Assembly (NCBI GenBank): GCA_963704755.1
Contig: OY969938.1
Coordinates: forward strand, 1,290,001-1,322,000
Length of the DNA: 32,000 nt
Source of the DNA: an uncultured Chloroflexia bacterium
GTDB lineage: Bacteria > Chloroflexota > Anaerolineae > Anaerolineales > Anaerolineaceae
Reading direction: 5' to 3'
The notes under the pieces were generated by a model, which saw only the letters and a list, made by a program, of their open reading frames with translations, made no database searches and was not told the origin of the DNA. Positions 17,342 through 25,236 of this stretch are shown piece by piece. Made by a program: the position numbers and the translations under genes. Numbering within the stretch: the stretch's first letter is position 1; every line of letters begins with the position of its first letter.

Positions 17342-18392
17342 GCGCCGCCAGCCGTTCTGTCTCATTTTGCAGCGACAGCTCATCGATGAATTCGTCCAAA
17401 TCGCCGTTCATCACCCCCGGCAGATTGAACGAGGAATAATTGATCCGGTGGTCGGTTACCCGATTCTGCGGGTAATTGTACGTGCGGATCTTTTCGGCCC
17501 GCTCGCCGCTGCCGATCTGGCCCCGGCGGGCGGCATCACGTTCCTCCATGCGGCGGCTTTCTTCCAATTCAAATAGCCGCGCCCGCAGGATGCTCATCGC
17601 GCGCAGCTTATTCTGGAGCTGCGAGCGCTCGTCCTGGCAGGCCACCACGATACCTGTGGGAAGGTGCGTAATCCGTACGGCAGTCGAGTTCTTCTGCACG
17701 TTCTGTCCGCCGGCTCCGGCTGAGCGATAGACATCGATCTTGATTTCGGTATCCGGGATGTGGATATCTACCTCTTCCACTTCGGCCAGCACCGCCACCG
17801 TCACCGTGGAAGTATGGATCCGGCCGGAGGCCTCGGTCGCCGGCACGCGTTGCACGCGGTGTACCCCCGATTCGTACTTAAGCCGTGAATAAGCCCCTCG
17901 CCCCTTGACGGCAAAAATGATTTCCTTGAACCCGCCAATTCCGGTCTCGTTCTGCGAAAGGATTTCTGCGCCCCAGTTGCGCCGCTCACCATAGAGTGTG
18001 TACATGCGGAACAGGTCGGCGGCAAACAGGGCCGCCTCTTCGCCGCCGGTACCGGCCCGGATCTCGACGATGACGTTGCGTTCGTCGCGCTTATCCTTGG
18101 GCACCAGCAGCGCCTTCAGTACGGTTTCCAGTTCGTCCCGGCGTGGAGCGAGCTCTTCCAGGTCCATCTGGGCCAGTTCGCTCAGCTCCGGGTCGTTTTT
18201 ATTCACCAGGTCTTCAGCCTCTTCGATCCGCTTCAAAACGGTCCGGTACTCTCCGGCCTTGGTGACGATCTCTTCCAGATCCGAGCGCTCCTTGGCCAGC
18301 TCGACCGTACGCTGGTAATCGTCGATCAATTCCTCCAACATGCGGTTGATTTCTTTGAACCGTTCTTCAATTGCAGCAAGCTTCTCTAACAT
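17322..18392 (-). CDS. prfA: Peptide chain release factor 1
   Basis: RVPATE (PxT tripeptide anticodon) and SAGAGGQNVQK (GGQ) in a 356-aa ORF. Confidence 0.95.
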   Translation of the reverse strand: MLEKLAAIEERFKEINRMLEELIDDYQRTVELAKERSDLEEIVTKAGEYRTVLKRIEEAEDLVNKNDPELSELAQMDLEELAPRRDELETVLKALLVPKDKRDERNVIVEIRAGTGGEEAALFAADLFRMYTLYGERRNWGAEILSQNETGIGGFKEIIFAVKGRGAYSRLKYESGVHRVQRVPATEASGRIHTSTVTVAVLAEVEEVDIHIPDTEIKIDVYRSAGAGGQNVQKNSTAVRITHLPTGIVVACQDERSQLQNKLRAMSILRARLFELEESRRMEERDAARRGQIGSGERAEKIRTYNYPQNRVTDHRINYSSFNLPGVMNGDLDEFIDELSLQNETERLAAHEEFED

Positions 18393-18587
18393 AGATTGTT
18401 TATCTCTTTTTATAAAATCGGATCGAACAGCAGGTTTTGATCCGCGATTATTTGCGGGAATATCTCTTTTAATTAACGGGCCAATTATACCAGCGCCCGC
18501 TCAACCTGTGAAATTCAGGAAAGCGCGGACCAGGTACCAGGGACGGCGCGGCCTGGCGGCCTTGTCTCGGATACCCGGATAGAAAAC

Positions 18588-18630
18588 GACGGATTGATCC
18601 GGAAAGCGATGCCTTCCGGATCAATCCGTC
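18588..18630 (-). terminator. Intrinsic terminator of the NYN-CSD gene (17-bp stem)
   Basis: The minus strand reads GACGGATTGATCCGGAA-ggcatcgct-TTCCGGATCAATCCGTC followed by GTTTTCT, 17 nt after the stop at 18647. Confidence 0.75.
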
Positions 18631-18646
18631 AAAAAGATTTCCGTCG

Positions 18647-19483
18647 CTAATATTTGCTGGTCAGCTCGATGTTGAGCGCCTGTACGCCGCCGCCGCGCTC
18701 CGACTTGGCCAGTTCCATCTCGAAGACGTAGTTCCGGCTGGGCAGAACATTCGGGCGAACCGGGTCAGGCAGGTTCGAGTCGTGGAAAAAGGCCGTCGCG
18801 TAAGGCGAATCGGGATGGCGGGTATCGGTCAGCCACATGCCGGGCGAGACCGATTTCAAGTAGCGCATAAAACCGTAGCCCTGGTCACTGTGCCAGTAGC
18901 ACCAGCCGCGCACGCGCGAGCCCATCTCGCCCCACACCGGCTGGTCGGACTTGTAGTTGCTGGAAGGAATCAGGTTGGGGATCAGGTAACCCGAAATGTA
19001 GAAGTCGGCCTCGTGGCGCAGCTTGTTGGAGACGTTATCCAGGGCCATCACTTCGACCCGGCAGCCCTTATCCTGCAAAGCGCGCACCACCTGGACGAAA
19101 TCGCCATCCCCGGAGGCCAAGAGCACCCGGTCCAGGTTGGCCGATTGTAACAGCGCATCGACTGCCAGGTCCAAATCTGCGTTGGCTTTGCCATATCGGT
19201 TGCCGTTTTCGTCCTCGAACCACTGGATTTCTTTAACAATTACCTTGTAGCCCATATCCCGCAGTGCACTGTGAAAATTCTGGGTACCTTTGCGATAAAT
19301 TTCATCCCACTCGGCCCGGTCCTTATCATAACTAACATAAGCGTTCATACGGACCGGTTCGGCAAAATCCCGGCAGGCAAACTCTCGTAACACATCATAT
19401 TGCATTTTCGAGCCGCCATTATTGTATACATAGGCAACGTCAACGTAAATCCCCACTTTGGAGCTGGAATTTCGAAACGGCAT
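18647..19483 (-). CDS. NYN (LabA/DUF88-like PIN-fold) domain protein fused to a C-terminal cold-shock-like (CSD/OB) domain
   Basis: The N-terminal half (VGIYVDVAYV...NADLDLAVDAL...LLASGDGDFVQVVRALQDKGCRVEVMAL) matches the NYN acidic-residue pattern. The C-terminal half has RNP1/RNP2-like GWCYWHSDQGYGFM and AFFHDSNL, and ends in GGGVQALNIEL. The ATG at 19481-19483 lies 5 nt after AGGAG. Confidence 0.7.
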   Translation of the reverse strand: MPFRNSSSKVGIYVDVAYVYNNGGSKMQYDVLREFACRDFAEPVRMNAYVSYDKDRAEWDEIYRKGTQNFHSALRDMGYKVIVKEIQWFEDENGNRYGKANADLDLAVDALLQSANLDRVLLASGDGDFVQVVRALQDKGCRVEVMALDNVSNKLRHEADFYISGYLIPNLIPSSNYKSDQPVWGEMGSRVRGWCYWHSDQGYGFMRYLKSVSPGMWLTDTRHPDSPYATAFFHDSNLPDPVRPNVLPSRNYVFEMELAKSERGGGVQALNIELTSKY

Positions 19484-19609
19484 AATCACTCCTAAAAAAA
19501 GAAATATGAAATTGGAAAATTTTTTGCCCGGTCATCCGGGTTTCTCGTATGACCTTATATTTTCGATCAAGAAAGGAACAAAGGCGTTATGGTATATGAT
19601 TTCAGCCTT

Positions 19610-19638
19610 ATTGTAATCTGCCCATAAATTTTAATCAA
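19610..19638 (-). promoter_or_regulatory. Near-consensus promoter TTGATT-17-TACAAT for the NYN-CSD gene
   Basis: The minus strand reads TTGATTaaaatttatgggcagatTACAAT, predicting a 5' UTR of about 120 nt that is AU-rich. Confidence 0.5.
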
Positions 19639-19685
19639 TGGTTGAAAAGGAAGATTTGCTTCGCTCGATGGGAAAGAAGCTCGCA

Positions 19686-19728
19686 TTTAAGGTGTTTTTG
19701 GGTGTGAGTCACACGCAAACAGCTTAAA
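19686..19728. repeat. Imperfect palindrome (about 18 bp with a bulge and a mismatch), GGTGT family, terminator position of the MATE gene
   Basis: TTTAAGGTGTTTTTGGGTGTGA-g-TCACACGCAAACAGCTTAAA. The right arm CACACGCAAACAGCT matches CACGCGCAAACACCT at 7473-7487 in 13 of 15 positions. Confidence 0.55.
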
Positions 19729-19740
19729 TACCGGATCTTT

Positions 19741-21159
19741 TTAAGAAATTTCGGGGTCCTGGCGCGGCCCGGAAATCTCCGCGACCAGGTTATGCAGCCA
19801 TTTTCCCGAAAGCATCCGCCGGATACCGATGCCGAACTTGACGAATTCCTCGGCCGCCGCCATCGGGTAAACAAAATAAACCGGCAGCTTGAGGACCAGC
19901 GCGCCCAGAAAAGCCATCGGCACGCCTACCAGCCAGACCGAGCCGACATCCAGAAAGACACAGAAATGGGTGTCTCCGCCGGCGCGCAAGATGCCGACAA
20001 TGACCATCAAATTCGATACGCGCACCCACAATACCAGGGCCGAGGCGATCAGCACGTTGTGCGAGTATTCATACGCTACCGCCGAGACCCCATAAATGCT
20101 AAGGATGTGATCGAGGTTAAACAGGATAAGCGCCCCGATCAGCCAGGAGCCCATTACGGCCAGGGTCAGCGAACGGTGGGCATATTCTTTCGCCTTGTCT
20201 TCTTTGCCCATGCCGATGTAATTACCGATCATGATCCCGGTCGAATCGGACAGGGCCATAAAAGTGACGAAGGCCAGGTTTTCGACCGACGAAACGATGT
20301 TGACCGCCGCAATCGCCTGGGTGCTGATGTGCCCATAGGCTACGTTGTACATCGAAACGCCCATCGACCAGGCCAGCTCGTTGATCACCACCGGCAAGGC
20401 AGTTTTGGCGTACTTGCCTAAAAAGCCGGAATGAAAACCGTCCATCTCGCGCAGGCGGGCCGCCGCCGGCGTTTTGCGATAATAGGCCAGGAACAGGATC
20501 GCTCCACATTCCAGAAAGCGGGCAGCCACAGTACTGAGCGCGGCTCCGGTCACACCCATGGCCGGGAACCCCAGCCGGCCGAAAATCAGCACGTAGCCAA
20601 GGCCGGTTTTAAACAGGATCGCTACACCGCTGACCAGTGTGGGCAGTTTAACCTCTTCGGTGCTGCGCAGCACGGCATAAAAGCTGTTCGAGATGGCCAT
20701 CACGATGTAGCTCAGGCCGACGACCCGCAGATACTGGCTGCCTAACTGGATCACTGCCGGGTCAGGGGTGAACAGGCCCAGGAAGAAAGCGGGGAAGAAA
20801 ACGGCAACAATGGTAAAGATGGCTGCCCCGAACAGGGCAATGCTCAAACACAGGCCTAACACCTTCCGAATATTCGGGATATCTCGCTGGCCCCAGAATT
20901 GGGCGGTAAAGATGGCCGAGCCGGTGTTGACCCCGAACAAAAACACCGTCAGGATGAAAAAAGCCTGGTTGCTGAGGCCCACCGCCGCCACGGAAGTCTC
21001 CCCCAAATGCCCCATCATTGCCACATCGATAATATTCATGGCCGCTGAAACAAAATACTGGACCATGATGGGGATGACCAGGCGTATTAGCGTGCGATAA
21101 TAAATTTTATCGTTGAATAAGCCGCGAACCATGTCGATATTCCTGGAGGGATCCAGCAA
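19741..21159 (-). CDS. MATE-family efflux transporter
   Basis: Twelve-helix profile with an N-terminus typical of NorM/DinF-like proteins (YRTLIRLVIPIMVQYFVSAAMNIIDVAMMGHLGE). The listed start is a TTG; the ATG at 21130-21132 with AGGAA upstream is the likelier start. Confidence 0.85.
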   Translation of the reverse strand: MLDPSRNIDMVRGLFNDKIYYRTLIRLVIPIMVQYFVSAAMNIIDVAMMGHLGETSVAAVGLSNQAFFILTVFLFGVNTGSAIFTAQFWGQRDIPNIRKVLGLCLSIALFGAAIFTIVAVFFPAFFLGLFTPDPAVIQLGSQYLRVVGLSYIVMAISNSFYAVLRSTEEVKLPTLVSGVAILFKTGLGYVLIFGRLGFPAMGVTGAALSTVAARFLECGAILFLAYYRKTPAAARLREMDGFHSGFLGKYAKTALPVVINELAWSMGVSMYNVAYGHISTQAIAAVNIVSSVENLAFVTFMALSDSTGIMIGNYIGMGKEDKAKEYAHRSLTLAVMGSWLIGALILFNLDHILSIYGVSAVAYEYSHNVLIASALVLWVRVSNLMVIVGILRAGGDTHFCVFLDVGSVWLVGVPMAFLGALVLKLPVYFVYPMAAAEEFVKFGIGIRRMLSGKWLHNLVAEISGPRQDPEIS

Positions 21160-21298
21160 GGATTCAATCGGGACCGGTTGTCGTTTTCCCTCAGTGCCGG
21201 CTCCGCCGGGTCACAACCAGATCGTGCAGGAAAGAAGTATATCAATATTCTTTACCTTGTGATAGTGAGTCCAGATCGGCAGCATGCTTGGAATAAGA

Positions 21299-21365
21299 AA
21301 GAGTCCCGAATTCTAGCTGTTCGAGGGTGCTCCGCACCCTCGAACAGCTAGAATTCGGAACTCTT
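21299..21365. repeat. 32-bp-arm palindrome (31/32 paired, 3-nt loop) overlapping the 3' end of the patatin gene
   Basis: AAGAGTCCCGAATTCTAGCTGTTCGAGGGTGC-tcc-GCACCCTCGAACAGCTAGAATTCGGAACTCTT. Confidence 0.85.
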
Positions 21366-22361
21366 GGGCACCACCTGCATGGCCCGGTCCACCTGGTCGG
21401 CCAAAATCATTTCCCCCATCTGGCGGCCGTAGGCGACCAGGGTGTCCATGTGGTAGACGTTGTCGAAATCGATGTTTTCGGCCATATCCACTTGAAAGCG
21501 GCGGAAATCGAGTTGGCCGAAAAGGGTCTCCACCAGGTGGACCTGCTGGTCGTCGGCCGAGGCAAGGAAGGCGCCGAACATCTTGAAAATCCACTGCCAG
21601 GAGTAAATGTGCCGGCTTTTATGAGCATCGTAGGAATAAGGCTCGCGCCCGGTGCCCAGGCTGAGCAGGGTCGTCTCCAGCGGATCCCAATGCAGGATGT
21701 TGACTGCCTCATAAGCCGCCAGGTAAGCCGGGTTGGCATACGCGCCAACCCCGCCATCGATATAACGACCCTCCACCGGGGGAAAGTAGGTAGGCACGGT
21801 ACAGGAGGACTGCACGACCAGGTCCACCGGCCAGGCAGCATATTCCTTCTTCCAGGGCTTGATAAAGCGGTCGCGGTTCTCGACCAGGTCGAAGGAAGTA
21901 ATGACAATATCCGTGGGCGGATTGGCAATCCAGAAATCCCCCATTTTCTTCTCGCCAAAAGTGACTTTCAGGAACGAGGCCAGCGGCGCCGGGTCGTAGC
22001 GGTAGCTGGTCAAGGGGAACAGCAATTTGCGCAGCGACCCCGGGAAAACCTGCGGTCCCAGGGTCAGGTAAAGCTCGTGCATTTCGTGGGCCGTCATCCC
22101 GGTCCCCAGGCCGGCCGCGATGATCGCACCGGTTGAGGTGCCGGCCGCCAACCGGCACAGGCCGTGCAGCGGCCGGCCGAGCGCCTGTTCCAGCATGCTC
22201 AGCGCCTGAGTCACGATCACACCATGGATCCCACCCCCGTCAATCGCGATCGCAAGATTTTTTCGAAATGGTTTCAAAACAGCCTCCATGGGTACCTGTA
22301 ATGATGCAGCCTGTCGTGTTGGCTGATGCAAACTTGATGCCATTACGACTAAGCCACCCAT
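21348..22361 (-). CDS. Patatin-like phospholipase
   Basis: Oxyanion motif IAIDGGGIHG, nucleophile elbow AGTSTGAIIAAGL (GxSxG), and the catalytic Asp in YIDGGVGAYANP. The start is uncertain (22361, 22343 or 22289). Confidence 0.85.
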   Translation of the reverse strand: MGGLVVMASSLHQPTRQAASLQVPMEAVLKPFRKNLAIAIDGGGIHGVIVTQALSMLEQALGRPLHGLCRLAAGTSTGAIIAAGLGTGMTAHEMHELYLTLGPQVFPGSLRKLLFPLTSYRYDPAPLASFLKVTFGEKKMGDFWIANPPTDIVITSFDLVENRDRFIKPWKKEYAAWPVDLVVQSSCTVPTYFPPVEGRYIDGGVGAYANPAYLAAYEAVNILHWDPLETTLLSLGTGREPYSYDAHKSRHIYSWQWIFKMFGAFLASADDQQVHLVETLFGQLDFRRFQVDMAENIDFDNVYHMDTLVAYGRQMGEMILADQVDRAMQVVPKSSEF

Positions 22362-22445
22362 ATTTGGCGTGATTGTGGATCACAGCCCGGCCCAAAATCA
22401 CTTTATCTTCTCGAGCAGGTCCGCAGCAGCCTGGAAAGCCCCCTT

Positions 22446-22454
22446 TGGTATAAT
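22446..22454 (+). promoter_or_regulatory. Extended -10 promoter (TGgTATAAT) for the 22512 gene
   Basis: ttTGGTATAATg at 22446-22454, with no clear -35. The ATG lies 57 nt downstream and is preceded by AAAGGAG. Confidence 0.45.
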
Positions 22455-22511
22455 GAAAGTGCAGGACTGCTCCGTATTGGTTTACGGGCAATCCAACAAA
22501 GGAGACCGAAA

Positions 22512-22787
22512 ATGCCTGTACATAACACGCCCGAAGAACGCCAGATCATCAAACTAATCGAGAAATTACCCGGAAAACCTGAAGATCACCAACACTGGGT
22601 TGATACCATCCAGGAAGGCAGTCTGACCGAAGACGTCGCCGAAGAGATCCGCCAGTTCCTGGTGACCCCACCGGAAGGCGAGACGGAAGCGGAAGCCGTA
22701 ACCCGCACCAGGCTGGCGATGGAATACGTCCAAGTAGTAAAACGGTGGCGATTGGCGTTTCAATCCCGCCATTTCAGCCGGCGCTGA
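22512..22787 (+). CDS. Hypothetical small acidic protein (91 aa)
   Basis: Strong SD (AAAGGAGaccgaaaATG) and a helical-looking sequence. The gene is followed by a long hairpin. Confidence 0.6.
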   Translation: MPVHNTPEERQIIKLIEKLPGKPEDHQHWVDTIQEGSLTEDVAEEIRQFLVTPPEGETEAEAVTRTRLAMEYVQVVKRWRLAFQSRHFSRR

Positions 22788-22802
22788 ACCGGTAAAAAGT
22801 AA

Positions 22803-22852
22803 CCCGAATTTGCGCTGTTTGGCGAAGGTTCGGCAAACAGCGCAAATTCGGG
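22803..22852. terminator. 19-bp perfect (plus 4-bp inner) palindrome between convergent small genes; CCCGAATT family
   Basis: CCCGAATTTGCGCTGTTTG-g-CGAA-gg-TTCG-g-CAAACAGCGCAAATTCGGG. Confidence 0.75.
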
Positions 22853-22888
22853 AACTTCTTTATATAGGCCCGGGTAATTACAAAGTCT

Positions 22889-23197
22889 TTATGGGACCCA
22901 CTTGCCGATATCCGTCCAGGCATAAGCCAGGTGGGCGGCCATATTTTCACCCAGTTTTTTGCGAACTCGTTTTTGCACGTGCTCCATCAAGGCTACACCG
23001 CCGATTTCATCCAGACGGACCCCAATCTCTCGGGCACGGATGTGACGATACTGCGAGTTAAACGAACCACCCGACCTTTCGGACAAATAGTCTTCGTGTT
23101 CGCCAATCCTGAGAAGATCGTTCGTCAGGTGTTCGACCTCTGACTTGTATCCGGAAGGATAAAGGGGTTTCCCGAACAAAGAATCAAAAATGCTCAT
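22889..23197 (-). CDS. Hypothetical protein (102 aa)
   Basis: The ATG at 23195-23197 is preceded by GGAGG 8 nt upstream. The longer 228-aa ORF would overlap the divergent PIG-L gene, and its extra part is Pro/Gly/Arg-rich. Confidence 0.55.
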   Translation of the reverse strand: MSIFDSLFGKPLYPSGYKSEVEHLTNDLLRIGEHEDYLSERSGGSFNSQYRHIRAREIGVRLDEIGGVALMEHVQKRVRKKLGENMAAHLAYAWTDIGKWVP

Positions 23198-23239
23198 CCT
23201 ATGCCTCCGAAAATCTAATCGCCCCCGCTCTTTCATAAA

Positions 23240-23270
23240 TTGTATCACGAAGACCAGGCGGTGATAAAAT
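23240..23270 (+). promoter_or_regulatory. Candidate promoter with an extended -10 (TGaTAAAAT) for the PIG-L gene
   Basis: TTGTAT at 23240-23245, TG at 23262-23263 and TAAAAT at 23265-23270. Confidence 0.3.
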
Positions 23271-23287
23271 TTTCCGGATGTTGATGA

Positions 23288-24100
23288 ATGCCTTACCTTT
23301 TTAATCAGGGGATGTGGGATATGCAACCATGGATCTTTCTTTCCCCCCACCTGGATGACGTCGTGCTCTCCTGCGGGGGTCTTATCGCCAGTTGGACAGG
23401 CACCGGGGTGGCGGTCCAGGCCTGGACAGTCTGTGCGGGCGATCCGCCGGATGAACACTTTTCGGAATTCGCCCAAAGCCTGCACGAGCGTTGGCTGACC
23501 GGCCGGCATTCCAGCGCTGCCCGCCGCGAAGAAGATCGGCTGGCCTGTGCCCGGATCGGCGCTCAGCCGGTCCATTTTTCGCTCCCCGATTGCATCTACC
23601 GCCGCAATCCCCAGGATGGTTCAGCGATCATCCAGTCCCGCGACGACTTGTTTAATCCCATCCAGCCGGCCGAAATGCCGCTGGTGGACGAACTGGCCAA
23701 TGACCTATCGGCGGCCTTGCACGAACGCCACCTGGAAGACGCATTCTTGGTGGCGCCGCTTACCTTAGGGGGCCACGTCGATCACCGTATTACCCGTGCG
23801 GCAGCCGAACGCCTGGGCAAACCGCTGGCCTACTATCCCGACTTTCCCTACGCGGTCGAGGTCGATGCATCCCGTCCCGGCCTGATCGACCCAGGCTGGG
23901 CGAAACAGGCTTACCCGGCCACGCAGCAGGATATTGCCGCCTGGCAAGACGCGGTCGGCCAATACGCCTCGCAGATCAGCACGTTTTGGAGCAGCCAGGC
24001 TGAAATGCGCGCGGCCATCCGGGCTTACCAGGACCAGGGAGGCGGTTATTATCTATGGCATACCCTGGAGCAAGCAGATCTTGCCGGCCAGGCTCATTAG
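23288..24100 (+). CDS. PIG-L/LmbE-family N-acetylglucosaminyl deacetylase
   Basis: Motifs FLSPHLDDVVLSCGG and GGHVDHRIT. The ATG at 23321 (MQPWIFLSPHLDD) is an alternative start. Confidence 0.8.
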   Translation: MPYLFNQGMWDMQPWIFLSPHLDDVVLSCGGLIASWTGTGVAVQAWTVCAGDPPDEHFSEFAQSLHERWLTGRHSSAARREEDRLACARIGAQPVHFSLPDCIYRRNPQDGSAIIQSRDDLFNPIQPAEMPLVDELANDLSAALHERHLEDAFLVAPLTLGGHVDHRITRAAAERLGKPLAYYPDFPYAVEVDASRPGLIDPGWAKQAYPATQQDIAAWQDAVGQYASQISTFWSSQAEMRAAIRAYQDQGGGYYLWHTLEQADLAGQAH

Positions 24101-24220
24101 CAGGTCGCCGGCTTTGAGATTATCCCAGTCAGCAAAGAAGCGCCAGTTTGTCCGGCCTTCCCTTTTCTTGACAAGCCCGGTCCCTGGAACCCCCGCCCTT
24201 TCATTGCTGGATATAATTTA

Positions 24221-24229
24221 TGCTATACT
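24221..24229 (+). promoter_or_regulatory. Extended -10 box (TGcTATACT) 7 nt from the first ATG of the operon: candidate leaderless promoter
   Basis: TGCTATACTggtggtATG. Six nt separate the -10 hexamer from the A of ATG 24236. There is no SD at usable spacing. Confidence 0.35.
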
Positions 24230-24235
24230 GGTGGT

Positions 24236-24484
24236 ATGCAAGAGGATCGCTCCTTCTGGCCATCCTGGGCTAACTTCTTGAATGAAAAAGGGGCAAAAAG
24301 CCTCGTAATCACCATCCTGGAAGGCGCCGGCCCGCTGCGTATTTTGGCGGCTCAAATCCTCTATGCCGGGATCCCATTATTGCGGGGTTCCACACCATTA
24401 AGCCAATGGCAAGCCCTGGCTGACATGTTAAATGACGGCGGGGAATCCAAATCCTTCATCTCCTTTTTGCGAGAGGAGGTTTGA
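24236..24484 (+). CDS. Hypothetical small protein, first gene of the operon
   Basis: 82-aa ORF with one hydrophobic segment (LRILAAQILYAGIPLL). Its stop is 8 nt before the next start. Confidence 0.5.
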   Translation: MQEDRSFWPSWANFLNEKGAKSLVITILEGAGPLRILAAQILYAGIPLLRGSTPLSQWQALADMLNDGGESKSFISFLREEV

Positions 24485-24492
24485 AGTAAATC

Positions 24493-25236
24493 ATGCTATT
24501 GAACATCATTGCTTTGATATTGGTTTTAATTTCAGCGGGATTAATTTTCCTGTTTTCTTTGCCGCGCTTTAGGAATTACCGTGTTTTCCGCAGTTTTTCG
24601 GCTTTCGAAGGCCTGCGGCGGGCTATCGGGCTGGCAGTAGAAAACGGTTCGCGTATTCACGTGTCGTTGGGCAAGGGCAGCCTGACCCAAAACACCGGGG
24701 CTTCCGGGCTTTCCGGGCTGGTCACCCTGGGCCGTATCGCCCAGATCAGCAGCATCTCCGACCGTCCGCCGATTGCCACCAGCGGCGACGGGACCCTGGC
24801 TATCCTCAGCCAGGACACGCTTAAGGCTGCCTACCGGGCAACCAACAACCTCGAGCTGTACGATCCGGATAGAGGGCTGTTAGCTGGCCCCACGCCCCTT
24901 TCCTACGTCGCCGGAACCCTGCCGATTGCGGCCGCGGAAAACATATCTACCCATATCTTGACCGGCAACTTCGGGCCTGAAATTGCTTTGCTGGTCGAAG
25001 GCGCCGAAAAGAATTCGGCGTTTACCTTAGGCGCGTCCAATTCGCTCAGCGCCCAGGCGGCCTTGTACGCCAGCGCGCAGGAGCCTTTGATCGGCGAAGA
25101 GCTGTTCGCCATACCGGCGTATCTCAATGCCGGGCCGGCCCATTCGGCCAGCCTCATGGTTCAAGACGTCTTACGCTGGGGCGTGATTGCCGTCCTGGTG
25201 ATTGGATCAATTCTTAAATTCTTGGGGATTCTATGA
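24493..25236 (+). CDS. Hypothetical membrane protein (N- and C-terminal TM helices flanking a ~190-aa Gly/Ala/Ser/Leu-rich domain)
   Basis: TM helices LLNIIALILVLISAGLIFLF and WGVIAVLVIGSILKFLGIL. The stop overlaps the next start as ATGA (25233-25236). Confidence 0.7.
   Translation: MLLNIIALILVLISAGLIFLFSLPRFRNYRVFRSFSAFEGLRRAIGLAVENGSRIHVSLGKGSLTQNTGASGLSGLVTLGRIAQISSISDRPPIATSGDGTLAILSQDTLKAAYRATNNLELYDPDRGLLAGPTPLSYVAGTLPIAAAENISTHILTGNFGPEIALLVEGAEKNSAFTLGASNSLSAQAALYASAQEPLIGEELFAIPAYLNAGPAHSASLMVQDVLRWGVIAVLVIGSILKFLGIL

Noticed and set aside
21327-22136. 269-aa ORF antisense to the patatin gene (and similar antisense ORFs such as 8809..9486, 9015..9746, 27555..28136 and 19792..20421)
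   Set aside because: Each overlaps a confidently assigned gene on the other strand, has a low-complexity Arg/Gly/Pro-rich translation, and has no RBS.
21348-22361. The patatin lipase as effector of a CBASS-like or other known defence system
   Set aside because: No cyclase, sensor NTPase, or other partner gene is adjacent. The neighbours are a MATE exporter and small unknown ORFs on other transcription units.
22512-23197. The two small ORFs as a toxin-antitoxin pair
   Set aside because: They are convergent, separated by a strong palindromic terminator, and each has its own RBS. They do not form an operon, and I see no TA family motifs.
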